IMG/VR virus record: IMGVR_UViG_3300032300_000824
Span: 1 to 64,000 of that record
Source of the DNA: a virus
Lineage: Duplodnaviria > Caudoviricetes
Length of the DNA: 64,000 nucleotides
Reading direction: 5' to 3' (one strand)
Both the position numbers and the translations under genes were made by a program. Shown here one piece after another: positions 10,201 through 19,958 of this stretch. The notes beneath the pieces are model-generated. The model was not told where the DNA came from and did no database searches. It saw only the letters and a program-made list of their open reading frames with translations. Position 1 is the first letter of the stretch. Each line of letters begins with the position of its first letter.

Positions 10201-12759
10201 GAGGATTTCACTGTAGAAGCATGGGTTAAAATTGACGCTTTTGAGACGAGTGGTTTTGGCACACATTTACTAGCAAGGTTGAGAGGAATAAGTGTAGGAT
10301 TTAGTAATAGGGGGCAGCTATTCATTAGTGATAGCAGCAACTACACTACACTGTCTCCAGCAGATACTATTAAATTAGGAAAATGGACTCATTTAGCTTT
10401 TACTAAAAATGATGGATTGGTAAGAGTGTATGTTGACGGATATGCTTCTGGACAGGCATATCTTCCAGGAGTTCTTCCTGTTGGCACAGGAGACATGTTT
10501 GTTGGAGGATATCTCGGCCGTCCTTCGTTCAAAGGATATATAGACGATCTTAGAGTAACCAAAGGTATTTGTCGATACAAAGAGAATTTCGTCCCTCTGC
10601 ATCAAAATAGAACCTCTGACGAATCTGTTGTAAAACATTGGAAGTATGGAAAATTATTCTTTACCGCTCCTTCTAATAGTTCCAGAATATCATTTGTTAA
10701 TAGTGGCACTGAAACAGTATTAGTGGACGATATTGTTGTTTGTGGAGTTCCTAACTTCACTAGAACACCAACTCCTACCAAATCAGGAACTCCTACTCAA
10801 ACTCCTACTACAACAGGAACACAAACCCCAACACCCACTCAAACACCAACCATCCTTGTTGATGATTCATTAAACATTAAACATTTTCTTGGTATCAGAA
10901 GAGATAAAAAATTAATGAGTTGGGGTTATAATAATAATGGTCAATTAGGATTAGGAGACGATTTAAACCGTAGCATACCAACACTATTCAATATTCCAAA
11001 TTGGAAAAAGATTATTACAAATCCATACTTCGCAACCAAGTCCGCAGCATTAGCAGCTTCTAATTCTTGGTATGGAATAAAAACAAATAACACTCTATGG
11101 GAATGGAGAGAATTAGAGAATACTAATAGTAATATTCTAAAAACAACTAATTTAGAATCATTGTCATATATAACAAGAGATATACTTGATTTTACCTTTA
11201 AAAACTCAACATCAATATATTTTGTTGATGCTAATACCAGAAACCTTTATTCTTATGATCTTGTTTCTAGAACCAGATCGAAGAAGCCCATAATAGAAGA
11301 AGAAGTATATTCTATAGTTAGCATATCTGAAAATTATTTTGCTGTTTTGTATAACGGACCAACTAATTTATTAATCAATCTAGAAGGATCTGACACTTTC
11401 TTAAAGTTCAACTATACTGAATATAAGAAAATATCTGCTAATAGCAGAGGAACTTTATTTGCTATAGATAATGATGATTATTTGTTTGGTATGGGTTCTA
11501 ATTCTTTTGGTCAGCTTGGAAATAATAGTCAGAGAGAATCATTATTTCTATCAAAAATCGGAAATAAAACATGGATTGATGTTAGTAGTGGACAATTTCA
11601 TACTTTAGGAATTGATACAGATGGCTTTGCTTATGCTTGGGGCAAAAATACTGACGGAGAACTTGGCGACGGAACATTAACATCTCGTTTAGTACCAACT
11701 AAAATCAATTCGGCTGAAGACGGATGGATAAATATCTATGCTGGAACATTCTACTCTATTGCTAAAAAATATGATTTAACCTTGTGGGCATGGGGAAGAA
11801 ATGCCGAAAATTCATTAGGAACAGTTGACTCAACAATATTGTCTTCAAAAACTCCTATATTGATTCCTGGAACATGGAAGGATATAGCAGTATATGATAG
11901 TAGCATATTTGCTTTGGGAGATACTCCTCCAACACCAACTCCAACCAACAGTCGAACACCGCCCCCAACACCAACAAGTAGTGTAACTCCAACAAAAACT
12001 AGCACTGAAACGCCGACACCTACTAAGACTCCTACTTCGTCTATTACTGCTTCTAAAACACCAACTCCTACAAGTAGTGAAACCCCAACTAGTACTGTGA
12101 CTCCAACTCAAACCCCGACAGAAAGTCCAACTCCTACCCAGACCCCAACACAAAGCGTGACTCCTACTCAAACGAGAACAAGTAGTGTAACACCAACACA
12201 AACTTCTACATCAACACCCACCAATACTCCAACTAGTAGTGAAACACCGACACCCACTTCTAGCTTAACCCCAAGTAAAACACCAACAAACACCCCTACG
12301 TCGTCTGTTACTCCTAGTCAAACACCGACTATGACTGCGACACCTACTAGCAGTATTACTCCAACACCAACAGAAACACCAACAAATACCCCTACTTCAA
12401 CTTCTACTATAACCCCCACAGCAACATCAAGTCAAACACCAACTCCTAGTATAACACCTCCATTAAGACTTTTCTATTACTATATTTCTGACAGTAAAGC
12501 AGATTTATGTGGTAATAAGGAGGAAGGAAATGTTAAAACCATAAGTGTTTATGATATAGATAGTAGTCTACAAACTACAACATTCTTGTACAAAGATAAA
12601 GATGCTTCTACAAGATGGCTCTTTGATGATCTTAATACTAGACTAGGAAGCTCTGCAAATAGAATATATATGGTAGGCATTACATCTTCTAGTATCTCTG
12701 CTTTAGTAGAAGATATAGACGGATATGCTATAATAGAAGAACAGGATATAAGTTGTTAA
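4219..12759 (+). CDS. Giant (2846 aa) multidomain virion adhesin/decoration-like protein: LamG-like, permuted FGE-like, DUF642-like, LecA/PA-IL-like, BNR propeller, YVTN propeller, DUF642-like with LamG insert, RCC1 propeller, T/P linker, Cys-bracketed C-terminal module
   Basis: Asp boxes [48 protein letters not shown]; [14 protein letters not shown]; [25 protein letters not shown]; [25 protein letters not shown]; [24 protein letters not shown]; [23 protein letters not shown]. No signal peptide seen. Confidence 0.8.
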   Translation: MAIIFKSNFDYPITNTGIFSPNGLTFLDNTITSVGNTYGRLEETIDSTSSFPGKYFSSSNTTSGIPDFANGHYQGTGYQFGPSRLLKFNCGASNFTSKNYSIVIDFSLDNVGGDCRILDFRNNFIASASDENHQTVTLRTIDPFDFRTQPVTSSLIVNGSSVLANIYMETNRLYRLVFTKESSTSNRITLFSLSQGTTYFISSNTSFSSVSTPYSTTLATGNSFILFPGTVNYSSSPKITFLTGKIYNLEIYDNAIVPSINPDSNFKYSAYPNVSILPSYIPPYIENTPSTVGDGFPNSYGITDAGDEIITGNNPTDFRYADINYSLNPTTGYDGKKVSNLGLTTQKSFRIATRASTISGTILQSYNIPNETIVPSSINVDGIGPTTGITYNFRVSQKVIVQEFLSFLNSVAYTIDGDTYNIYSGLETQISREIVSGRYQYGLSSSNKWSYPVYVTYLQAIRYLNWLKNDRPVGQQNAFTTENGLYLISGTTVTPNATVGTNDLKLPTYHEYFKYAHFGRRSPSDYYNLPNGQNSPPIILRNTTKSRYYISNIKNNYTGILNNFPAAVASFTGTHQIRGVTLKGSATNNLSDTASNIGDGVNTLNIKHIDTYLPQTKTGNYGIQLNITNLRLNSTVIAVIELGSSTGYNDDLEKAYILVKNNTGSTLFAGTKSIIGRKINFASGELIAPSGTTSLSILIDYTNNVPPPPSATPTNTPSNTATPPVTPTRTASPTPSVPLCGNNILVDSTFTTGSTAWTYNNVDRYTFAQYTPEIPNASTEVVVDLNATSPGFISQSFNTVVGQTYTVKFNLSGNLFRVIGGSPRYRTMNVAITNLTNNSIVSSQDYTFDTNGLVYDGTMAAQGWQEKSFTFVSPATALSIKLSSTCPTCESAGPIVDNVTICGQSPITPTPTQTPSVTPSRLLNTSIVVDAKSNIRLNPTTGLNAVNTGIYIDSSLNRSLTITATGSIGIGVGVGNGPAGLSQWPTTLTNPDGSTVTFNGGSLVGKIGANGNVFSIGASTTITPNVSGILYLGIVDGDGAYNDNSGSFNVVVNYVSTNSCTAGEGWVNKLTPVDVAKSYISGDGNVLFFIGSAENNGLYKSYDAGNNWIDIFSASNAQINSTKYPDIKFFATSKDGNNLVVGRALVTDIFGTSPGYGSIHTSSDGGTNWTLRSSAGTRNWSSVAISDNGLIIYASETSGNGIYKSVDGGNSWVKTVAPNVSWSKIVCSSSGENILAFAANSAQYTSLSKDGGLTWTVSSITKDLSSTFFNSGVSTGPLAIKDIEMSRDGKILFVSALSSFANGTLILISADFGASWKAHKILPRLGLSLKSSYDGNKVFAGFEGFIYTSSDSGITWNERSSVGVGTWSGLDCSNNGQKAIAGKANSILFSDCSIPLITPTPTNTVSPTVSKSQTPTPTRTPNLVLQNRDILVGDGPVGIAIDNNTNKLYVLNQNSNNITVLDSLIYSTITTIPVGTNPSGITFNKLTNKIYVSNTGNNSVSIIDTTSNTVIKTIVLPANSGPTDILVNPISNRIYVANYTGNSISIIDGSTDTIVSTLGVPVSSRNRQSKPQKLLIDSDQIIYAFEKEQSSIITCDDTSLPTELMSTTISHKLQSGQIFDLYVYKNILYTILYSFDSPYKPVFADIDKRSLNQPTYNITGGASTTYIIYTTVNMGRTSVGVGTTTNIGSNNTINIVIYQDNLYSYAVTDTGHLFYTTTIDTNTSREAVNIKNFGTGIKSIKLNEEVISDRRLFLLNYNDDKLHIYDTISVNTTPTPTPTITSTPTRTPTPTPTQCVYPNSIQNPDFKNVTNEKFDNWDFSTTGSSIFPLFDDVPKLFSSTSKSVAQLDSSGSISQAFNTITGQVYQISFKYSANGSPAPAKQSFFVGFGGNISTTDYTITPTQGLTLSSFDFSSPLGDIFSYDNDPNINNVSLLLRGNGTSVVDTSNYKNVITNSSNVQLNTSQRITGTQSLYFDGSTDQYLSVPYGEQFNFGSEDFTVEAWVKIDAFETSGFGTHLLARLRGISVGFSNRGQLFISDSSNYTTLSPADTIKLGKWTHLAFTKNDGLVRVYVDGYASGQAYLPGVLPVGTGDMFVGGYLGRPSFKGYIDDLRVTKGICRYKENFVPLHQNRTSDESVVKHWKYGKLFFTAPSNSSRISFVNSGTETVLVDDIVVCGVPNFTRTPTPTKSGTPTQTPTTTGTQTPTPTQTPTILVDDSLNIKHFLGIRRDKKLMSWGYNNNGQLGLGDDLNRSIPTLFNIPNWKKIITNPYFATKSAALAASNSWYGIKTNNTLWEWRELENTNSNILKTTNLESLSYITRDILDFTFKNSTSIYFVDANTRNLYSYDLVSRTRSKKPIIEEEVYSIVSISENYFAVLYNGPTNLLINLEGSDTFLKFNYTEYKKISANSRGTLFAIDNDDYLFGMGSNSFGQLGNNSQRESLFLSKIGNKTWIDVSSGQFHTLGIDTDGFAYAWGKNTDGELGDGTLTSRLVPTKINSAEDGWINIYAGTFYSIAKKYDLTLWAWGRNAENSLGTVDSTILSSKTPILIPGTWKDIAVYDSSIFALGDTPPTPTPTNSRTPPPTPTSSVTPTKTSTETPTPTKTPTSSITASKTPTPTSSETPTSTVTPTQTPTESPTPTQTPTQSVTPTQTRTSSVTPTQTSTSTPTNTPTSSETPTPTSSLTPSKTPTNTPTSSVTPSQTPTMTATPTSSITPTPTETPTNTPTSTSTITPTATSSQTPTPSITPPLRLFYYYISDSKADLCGNKEEGNVKTISVYDIDSSLQTTTFLYKDKDASTRWLFDDLNTRLGSSANRIYMVGITSSSISALVEDIDGYAIIEEQDISC

Positions 12760-15700
12760 TTATTAAGTGAAATAAATATGCTATATTCAATATCAAATAA
12801 ACAATACGACACATGTTTTAACACAGCAAATAGGGCTATTGATATAGGGGTAGCAAATCTAAAAATAAATGAATATCTGTATAAAAATAATAACAGTACT
12901 CCTTGGAAATGGTCAGATATTATAGCTCTTGATACTAAATTCATAGGATCTGTTAGCTTATTTTTAAGAACAGGAGACTCTTATGATATTGTTCAGATAA
13001 AGCAGGATATAAATACTGGTAATGCTATAGTAATACAAACAGTAGGAGTTTGTCCAACACAAACACCAACTCCAACAACAACACCATCAAACTCGGCAAC
13101 TCCTACCATAACTCCGACCAACAGCGCAACACCAAGTCAAACAACAACTAATACTCCAAGTAATACTTCTCCATTAGCTAGATTCTTATACTATATTTCT
13201 GTTGATTTAGAAATATTATGCTATAATAAATATGCTGATTCTGTTAAGGCAGTAAGTATATACGATATAGATAATATTTTGCAAGTAGGTTCTAACGTAT
13301 ACAAGAATAGTACAGGATCTATAAGGTGGTATTATAGTGAATTTATTACTAATCTAGGAATACCAAGCACAACTCCACGAATATATTTGTCGGAATCGAG
13401 TAGCGGAACTATCTATAGTGTTGTCTCAGGAATAGGTGGGTTGGCAACAATAGAATCTGAACAAGTAGTATGTCCACCAATGAGAATTTCTGACTCTAGA
13501 TATAATCTCTGTCATACAAATTCTTATAATACTATTCAAGTTAATACAACAAATTTAACTGTTAAAAATTATCTATATAAAATAGATGGCGTTGGAAAAT
13601 GGACATGGAGCGAACTAGTCGGTTTAGACTCTTCTTTTTTTACAGTAAGCACACTATATCTAAAAAGAAATAATGCTACGACTACAACATTATCAGTTAA
13701 AGAAGATATTGCAACTGGGCATGTTTTGATTGTTTCTGTTGATGTCGGTTGTCCAACACAGACTCCGACGCCAACACGAACAAGTACTCCCACAACAACT
13801 CCAACCCGAACAATGACGCAAACTAGTACGTCTTCTATGACACCAACTCAGACTATGACCGGAACTATTACGTCCACCCCCACACTTACTCCTAGTCAAA
13901 CACCAACTAAAACTTCAACGGCAACACCAAGTCAAACTCCGACAAGTTCAATAACACCAAGTCAAACTCCGACTAGCACCATAACTTCTACTCAAACACC
14001 TAGTAATTCAGCAACTCCTACTCCAACAGTAAGTGATAGTCAAACTCCGACACCAACAATTACTCCGTCTCAGACAGGAACTCCAACTATTACTCCGTCT
14101 AAAACTCCTACAAATACTCCAACAATGACTAGGACACCAACTAGTAGCTGGACTCCAACTCCAACTGAGACACCCACTCAAACAATGACCCCCACCGCGA
14201 CCATTACTCAAACACAAACGCCAACATCTTCGGTTACTTCCACTGTCACAAGAACTATGACACAAACACCGACAGCAACTCCTCCACTCAAGCTTTTTTA
14301 TTATTTTATATCTAATAGTCAGTCGAATCTATGCAATAATAGAGAATTAGGTATAGTTAAAACTATAAGTGTTTATGATATAGATAATACTTTACAGACA
14401 GGCTCCTTTCTGTATAAAGATAGTAAAGGTATTCAGAAATGGCTTTTTGATGATTTAAAGGATAGACTTGGAGTCTCTGTAAGTACAATATATATGATGC
14501 CAACAAACTCTTTTAAGGTATTTACTCTCGTTAAAAATATAGACAACTACGCAATAATAGATCAACAAGATATTACTTGCTAATTAATGGAAATAATATG
14601 TTATACTCAATATCAAATAAACAATACGACGTATGTTTTGGTACAACAAATAGACAGATAGATATAGGAGTATCTGCTTTATCAGTAAATAGTTATCTAT
14701 ATAAAAATAATGATATTGATGTATGGCTTTGGTCGCAGATAATATCTCTTAGTTCAACATTTGTTGGAGCAACAAATCTTTATCTAAAAAATAATGATTC
14801 TGATGACATTATCCAGATTAAACAGGATATCAATACTAATAGAGCTATAATCACACAAATCACAGGAATTTGTCCAACTCAAACTCCAACGATAACGCCA
14901 ACACCATCAAATACATCAACTCCAACAATAACACCAACCAGTACTGTTACACCGAGCGAAACAGTTACTAATACTCCGACCAGCTCTCTTTCTCTTTCGA
15001 GATTTCTATATTATATTTCTTCTAATTTAGAAACTTTATGCTTTAATAGATTCGACACTTCTGTCAAAGCTATAAGTGTCTATGATTTAGATAATGTTTT
15101 ACAGGTTGGTTCCAATATATACAAGAATACGGATGCTTCTATTAAATGGAATTACAGTGAACTTGTTGCTAATTTAGGAATACCCTCTAATACTCGAAGA
15201 ATTTATTTGGTTGAGTCTAGTAGTGGTGTTGTTTATAGTGTTATTTCTGGAACAGGAGGCGTTGCAACAATTGAGTCTGAGGAAATTCCGTGTCCTCCAA
15301 TGAAAATCTCTGATAATAGATATGATCTTTGTCATACAAACTCTAACTTAACTGTTCAGGTTAATACAACAAATTTAACAAAAAATAATTATCTGTACAA
15401 GAGAGACGGCGTTGGGAAATGGACATGGAGTGAACTCATTGGTCTAGATTCTTTATTCCCTCCATTATATACTCTATTCTTAAAAAATGATACTTCATCG
15501 ATGACAATAAGTGTGAAGGAAGACATTGCAACAGGATTTGTTTTAATTGCTAGTATAGACGTTGCTTGTCCGACACAAACTCCAACACAGACTATGACAA
15601 GCACTCCAACAAGTACCCCGACCCAGACAATAACAAAAACTAGTACATCTTCGCCAACTCCAACATCTACAATGACTGGGACTGTCACTTCTACCTCTAC

Positions 15701-15870
15701 ATTAACGCCTACACAAACTATAACCAAAACTTCAACAGGAACACCAACTCAAACTCCGTCTAATTCAGAAACGCCTACTCAAACCCCAACTAGTAGTCAG
15801 ACCCAAACTCCAACCCAAACTCCCACAAGAACCGTAACTCCAACAAATACCCCAACCTACAGCCCCACAC
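12455..15870 (+). repeat. Diverged tandem duplication (period ~1.82 kb) spanning gene boundaries
   Basis: Ends [11 protein letters not shown]...EEQDISC* (12759) and PPLKLFYYFIS...DQQDITC* (14583) match, and both are followed by MLYSISNKQYD (12778 and 14598). DNA similarity is visible, e.g. 'gatggcgttggaaaatggacatggag' vs 'gacggcgttgggaaatggacatggag'. Confidence 0.85.
12778..14583 (+). CDS. T/P-rich virion-like protein with four Cys-bracketed ~95-aa modules
   Basis: Track ORF 601 aa; modules ISxxxxxxC...LYK...W...IYL...C separated by TPT linkers. Confidence 0.8.
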   Translation: MLYSISNKQYDTCFNTANRAIDIGVANLKINEYLYKNNNSTPWKWSDIIALDTKFIGSVSLFLRTGDSYDIVQIKQDINTGNAIVIQTVGVCPTQTPTPTTTPSNSATPTITPTNSATPSQTTTNTPSNTSPLARFLYYISVDLEILCYNKYADSVKAVSIYDIDNILQVGSNVYKNSTGSIRWYYSEFITNLGIPSTTPRIYLSESSSGTIYSVVSGIGGLATIESEQVVCPPMRISDSRYNLCHTNSYNTIQVNTTNLTVKNYLYKIDGVGKWTWSELVGLDSSFFTVSTLYLKRNNATTTTLSVKEDIATGHVLIVSVDVGCPTQTPTPTRTSTPTTTPTRTMTQTSTSSMTPTQTMTGTITSTPTLTPSQTPTKTSTATPSQTPTSSITPSQTPTSTITSTQTPSNSATPTPTVSDSQTPTPTITPSQTGTPTITPSKTPTNTPTMTRTPTSSWTPTPTETPTQTMTPTATITQTQTPTSSVTSTVTRTMTQTPTATPPLKLFYYFISNSQSNLCNNRELGIVKTISVYDIDNTLQTGSFLYKDSKGIQKWLFDDLKDRLGVSVSTIYMMPTNSFKVFTLVKNIDNYAIIDQQDITC

Positions 15871-16994
15871 CAACAGATCCTTTAAATGGCTCTTATTATT
15901 ATTTATCTGATAATAGCTATAATATTTGTCACAACTTTCCGTCTAATTTAGTTATAATTTATGATCAAGGAACTTGGCTAGAAGTTAATGAAGTTTTATA
16001 TCAAACAGGGAATGCTTCAGACTGGTATACAATGTCTGAACTTGCTAGCTTTTTGGGCCTACCAAGTTTATCAATAGCTTATATTAGGCCAGTGGATACA
16101 ACAAATTCTGAAGGGTTTAGAGTAAGACAGGTTGAATCTAATTCAGATGACAAAGCATATGTAACAAATATCTTTCAGTGTGTTACACCAACTCCAACCA
16201 GCACTATTACTCCAACTCAAACAAAAACTCCAACGACTACTCCAACATCATCTCCTACTCATACCATAACAAGTAGTCAGACTCCAACTCAAACGAATAC
16301 TGCTACTCAAACTTCTACAGTCACACCTAGTCAAACACCAACAAGCAGTAAAACACCGACTCCTACACAAACAAGTACTCCTACTCTCAGCGAAAGCCAA
16401 ACTCCTACACAAACTAGAACTCCAACAAATACTCCTACGCCATCTCCGACGCAAACAATCACGAGTAGTGAAACGCCCACTAGTACTCCAACAGAGACCC
16501 CCACCCCCACTGAAACACCAACAACTACACCTACTACTACTCCAACGAATACAGAAACAATTACCCCAACAGCAACACCAACGAAAACTCCAACAGCTAC
16601 TGAAACACCAACCAATACTCCAACACCAACAGAAACGCCAAGTCAAACGCCAACAGAAACACCAACGCAAACACCAACACCAACGGAAACACCAACACAG
16701 TCTCCAACAGCAGTATATATCTATGAAGGAATAAATCTAAATATTAATAATATCATTACAGGAAATAGATATAAGGTTGAACTAATCACAGACGATTTTG
16801 GTGTTGCAAAGTCATTCCCTGAACAAATCAATTTTATAGGAAGTTATAGTCCACAAAGAATTAACTTTAAACTTGGTTTTGCGGCTAATATTTCTACCGT
16901 TATAGTTTCAGCAAAGATTACTGATCTTGATACTGGCAGGATTGAGTATAATAGTGTATTTATTAAGTGTAATAGTATTTTAGACTGTTATTGA
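14598..16994 (+). CDS. T/P-rich virion-like protein, paralogue of 12778..14583, with four modules, a long TPTET stalk and a small C-terminal beta domain
   Basis: Start moved from track 14577 to ATG 14598 because MLYSISNKQY matches the paralogue's N-terminus. Confidence 0.8.
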   Translation: MLYSISNKQYDVCFGTTNRQIDIGVSALSVNSYLYKNNDIDVWLWSQIISLSSTFVGATNLYLKNNDSDDIIQIKQDINTNRAIITQITGICPTQTPTITPTPSNTSTPTITPTSTVTPSETVTNTPTSSLSLSRFLYYISSNLETLCFNRFDTSVKAISVYDLDNVLQVGSNIYKNTDASIKWNYSELVANLGIPSNTRRIYLVESSSGVVYSVISGTGGVATIESEEIPCPPMKISDNRYDLCHTNSNLTVQVNTTNLTKNNYLYKRDGVGKWTWSELIGLDSLFPPLYTLFLKNDTSSMTISVKEDIATGFVLIASIDVACPTQTPTQTMTSTPTSTPTQTITKTSTSSPTPTSTMTGTVTSTSTLTPTQTITKTSTGTPTQTPSNSETPTQTPTSSQTQTPTQTPTRTVTPTNTPTYSPTPTDPLNGSYYYLSDNSYNICHNFPSNLVIIYDQGTWLEVNEVLYQTGNASDWYTMSELASFLGLPSLSIAYIRPVDTTNSEGFRVRQVESNSDDKAYVTNIFQCVTPTPTSTITPTQTKTPTTTPTSSPTHTITSSQTPTQTNTATQTSTVTPSQTPTSSKTPTPTQTSTPTLSESQTPTQTRTPTNTPTPSPTQTITSSETPTSTPTETPTPTETPTTTPTTTPTNTETITPTATPTKTPTATETPTNTPTPTETPSQTPTETPTQTPTPTETPTQSPTAVYIYEGINLNINNIITGNRYKVELITDDFGVAKSFPEQINFIGSYSPQRINFKLGFAANISTVIVSAKITDLDTGRIEYNSVFIKCNSILDCY

Positions 16995-17008
16995 TAAGGA
17001 AAACATTG

Positions 17009-17227
17009 ATGAAATCTATCATTTCACTAGAAAATATTGCTTCTAATCTTATTTTTAGTAGTTTGAACACTAACGATAATGACCTAATAAATAAATCTAA
17101 TAATGTTTTTAAAACAGGATCTTATCTTATAGTATCAATAAATAAGCCAGAATTTGCTTTAAAACTGGCTACGAACGGATTAAACTGCACAGACCTCATA
17201 GAAAACTCACAGGGACCCTCATTATAA
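17009..17227 (+). CDS. Small hypothetical protein (72 aa)
   Basis: AAGGA at 16996-17000, ATG at 17009, in frame with track ORF 16991..17227; tightly packed between neighbours. Confidence 0.6.
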   Translation: MKSIISLENIASNLIFSSLNTNDNDLINKSNNVFKTGSYLIVSINKPEFALKLATNGLNCTDLIENSQGPSL

Positions 17228-17228
17228 A

Positions 17229-19958
17229 ATGGCTTCACTAGGTACATATAGTTTTACATTTGGCTACTACTTCGACTCTACGACCTTAAAAAGACTGTCG
17301 GAGAGAGACATTCTGTACCTATCTAGTATTTATGCCAATGATGGCACAAATAAAGCTTCTTCAAAAATTACATTTGAGCAAAAACTGGGTGCTATAAATG
17401 TTCCTGAAAATATTGGTGATATAAATGGAATATTTGATAATGAAGAAATACTAAACAATTCTCGCCAATACATAATAGTTCCATTAAATAATCAACATGT
17501 AGATAATATTACTTTTAATGGAGATATATTTGAATCTTCTAATGAATATACAGGATTTGATTTTATTGAAATAAGCTATCCTTTGCACAGAATAGTATAC
17601 AAAAATATAAATATTCTAGCAGAAGATATGCCTTGTATTGAGTTTAGCTATTATGAACAAAACAATTTAGTAATTAAAAATATCTTTTTGAAAGATTGTA
17701 TCTATGACATAAGCGCCAATAAAATTAGTACACAGCTAGAGAGTACAATAAATAACGTTTCCTCAATAAGAATCCTTGCTGCTAAACCATTCAGAAATAA
17801 AATATTTGGGTCAAATGTTGCCCCTTCACAATACTTAAATGATGATGTTGACGACGGAATAGGAATAAGCAGAACCTGGGGAGACTCCACAAAAAATTTG
17901 AATGGATTAGTTTTAGTAGATCCAGAAAATAATAATAGAAAAGATATAGTTTTTTACGATAGGCTTATTCAGATTAATGGTAGTGAAAAAAATAGACCGA
18001 GACAAAAAATACTACCATACTACGAAGAAGAACTAAATAGCAAAATCTCTGTAGAGTACGAGAATACAGAATTTAATATACCAAACTCTACTTCTGTTGG
18101 TATAGGCTGTCCCTATGGATATATAGAAATTCCAAGTAAAATTACAACTAATAGCCTATTAAATACTGTAAACCTAACCGTAAACCAACAGTCTTATTTT
18201 GGATTGACTGATACAGAGGTTAGGACTTCTTTTGACCTCTATAAGAAACTTACAAACAATAATGATCCAAGAGATGTCAAAGAATTATATTCTAACTATA
18301 AAAGAACAATATTCTTATATTCCAAAAAATACTCAGATTATAAATCATCTTTAACAGACCAGTATATAAATGACTTACTACAATTAGCATATAATAAAAA
18401 TACTTTACAGTTGCCCATAAATTCATATTATTTTAATTTAGACGATTTTGAGTTTGTGGATATTTTTATCTCTTATCCAGTCAACTTGAGTAGTTTAGAT
18501 ATTACAGTAGAGACAAATGACCCAACACCGACTCCGACACCAACAAGTAGTGTTACTACTTCTCCAACACCACCGGTTACTAACACCCCAACTCCCAGTC
18601 AAACAAAACCCGTTAAGAGAAAGGGTAAGGTAAGAATTTGGGGAGAAAATAAATATAAAGATATTAGTATTCTAAAAACTCCTTCGGAAATTAGTCAAGA
18701 AGAAAATTATATAGGAGTAGGATTGCAGTTTGAAAAAGTTTTTATGGGATCTAGCTACGCATTGGTTTCAAGAGAAGATAAAGTTATTTTCCCAATATTA
18801 GACAATAGATATTCTCAATTAGGAATTCAAACACAAGAAACCTTATTTGTGGATAAGTTAAATACTCCAATCAGCTCAATAAATAGTAGATGGAATAAAA
18901 TTTCAACCGGAGATGACTTTACATATCTATTAGATGCATCTAACCATCTTTACAGATGGGGAGATAATAAAAATAATACTTTGTCTTCAGAACTAAATAA
19001 TATTATTAGTCCTGCTCAACTCGTAATAGACACTGGTAGAGAGGTAATAAGAGAATTTAAGGATGTTTCTTGTACTGACGAAAACGTTTTTGTTATTACA
19101 AAAGATAATAATATTTACTATACTGGCATAGTATTAAATAATTTAAGAATACAAGAGTTTACGTCATATGCATACAACAATAAAAATTGGAATAGTATAT
19201 TTGTAGCAAAAGATTACGTTTTAGCCACAATGGTGGATGATACTAATCTATACTTATTAAAAAACAAAACATTACTATCTTTTGATAATGGACCATCTAT
19301 TATAGATAATGATATTAGCAACTATAAAAAAATAGTCGCAGGAGATAATCATTTCTTGGTTATCAAATCAGATAATTCTCTTTGGGGCTTTGGAGATAAT
19401 ACCTACAACCAGCTAGGGATACCAAAAGATTCAGAGAATTACACAAATAAGTTGGTAAAAATTAATAGTTCTATAGACTGGACAGATGTTGCAGCCGGAT
19501 CGTTTCATTCTTTTGGTATAGACGCAGACGGTATTCTTTACGGCTGGGGAGATAATATTCGTAATCAGCTTGGATTAGAAGATATTGATAATTTTACTAG
19601 TCCAACTCAAATATGGAAAGGTAATTGGATAAGTATAGATGCTCATAAGAATTTATCTGGAGGTATAGTAGAAGGAATTACAGAAATATTTATAACACCA
19701 ACCCCCTCTATTACTCCCACAAAAACACCAACTCCTACGCCCACGCCATCAAATACCCCTACTGCAACACCAACACCAACTCAAACAACAACAAATACTC
19801 CTACTCCAAGTCAAACAATAACAAATACTCCGTCATCAAGTCAAACTCCAACATTTACTCCAACTACTACACTAATACCTCCTACTCCCGAAGCAACACC
19901 CACTCCGACAGCTACTCTACCGTATGATTTTGCATTAATCTTTAAGGAAATAATATGA
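17229..19958 (+). CDS. RCC1-repeat protein with T/P linkers (virion/adhesin-like)
   Basis: IVAGDNHFLVIKSDNSLWGFGDNTYNQLG and VAAGSFHSFGIDADGILYGWGDNIRNQLG repeats; TPTPT tracts flank the propeller. Confidence 0.8.
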   Translation: MASLGTYSFTFGYYFDSTTLKRLSERDILYLSSIYANDGTNKASSKITFEQKLGAINVPENIGDINGIFDNEEILNNSRQYIIVPLNNQHVDNITFNGDIFESSNEYTGFDFIEISYPLHRIVYKNINILAEDMPCIEFSYYEQNNLVIKNIFLKDCIYDISANKISTQLESTINNVSSIRILAAKPFRNKIFGSNVAPSQYLNDDVDDGIGISRTWGDSTKNLNGLVLVDPENNNRKDIVFYDRLIQINGSEKNRPRQKILPYYEEELNSKISVEYENTEFNIPNSTSVGIGCPYGYIEIPSKITTNSLLNTVNLTVNQQSYFGLTDTEVRTSFDLYKKLTNNNDPRDVKELYSNYKRTIFLYSKKYSDYKSSLTDQYINDLLQLAYNKNTLQLPINSYYFNLDDFEFVDIFISYPVNLSSLDITVETNDPTPTPTPTSSVTTSPTPPVTNTPTPSQTKPVKRKGKVRIWGENKYKDISILKTPSEISQEENYIGVGLQFEKVFMGSSYALVSREDKVIFPILDNRYSQLGIQTQETLFVDKLNTPISSINSRWNKISTGDDFTYLLDASNHLYRWGDNKNNTLSSELNNIISPAQLVIDTGREVIREFKDVSCTDENVFVITKDNNIYYTGIVLNNLRIQEFTSYAYNNKNWNSIFVAKDYVLATMVDDTNLYLLKNKTLLSFDNGPSIIDNDISNYKKIVAGDNHFLVIKSDNSLWGFGDNTYNQLGIPKDSENYTNKLVKINSSIDWTDVAAGSFHSFGIDADGILYGWGDNIRNQLGLEDIDNFTSPTQIWKGNWISIDAHKNLSGGIVEGITEIFITPTPSITPTKTPTPTPTPSNTPTATPTPTQTTTNTPTPSQTITNTPSSSQTPTFTPTTTLIPPTPEATPTPTATLPYDFALIFKEII

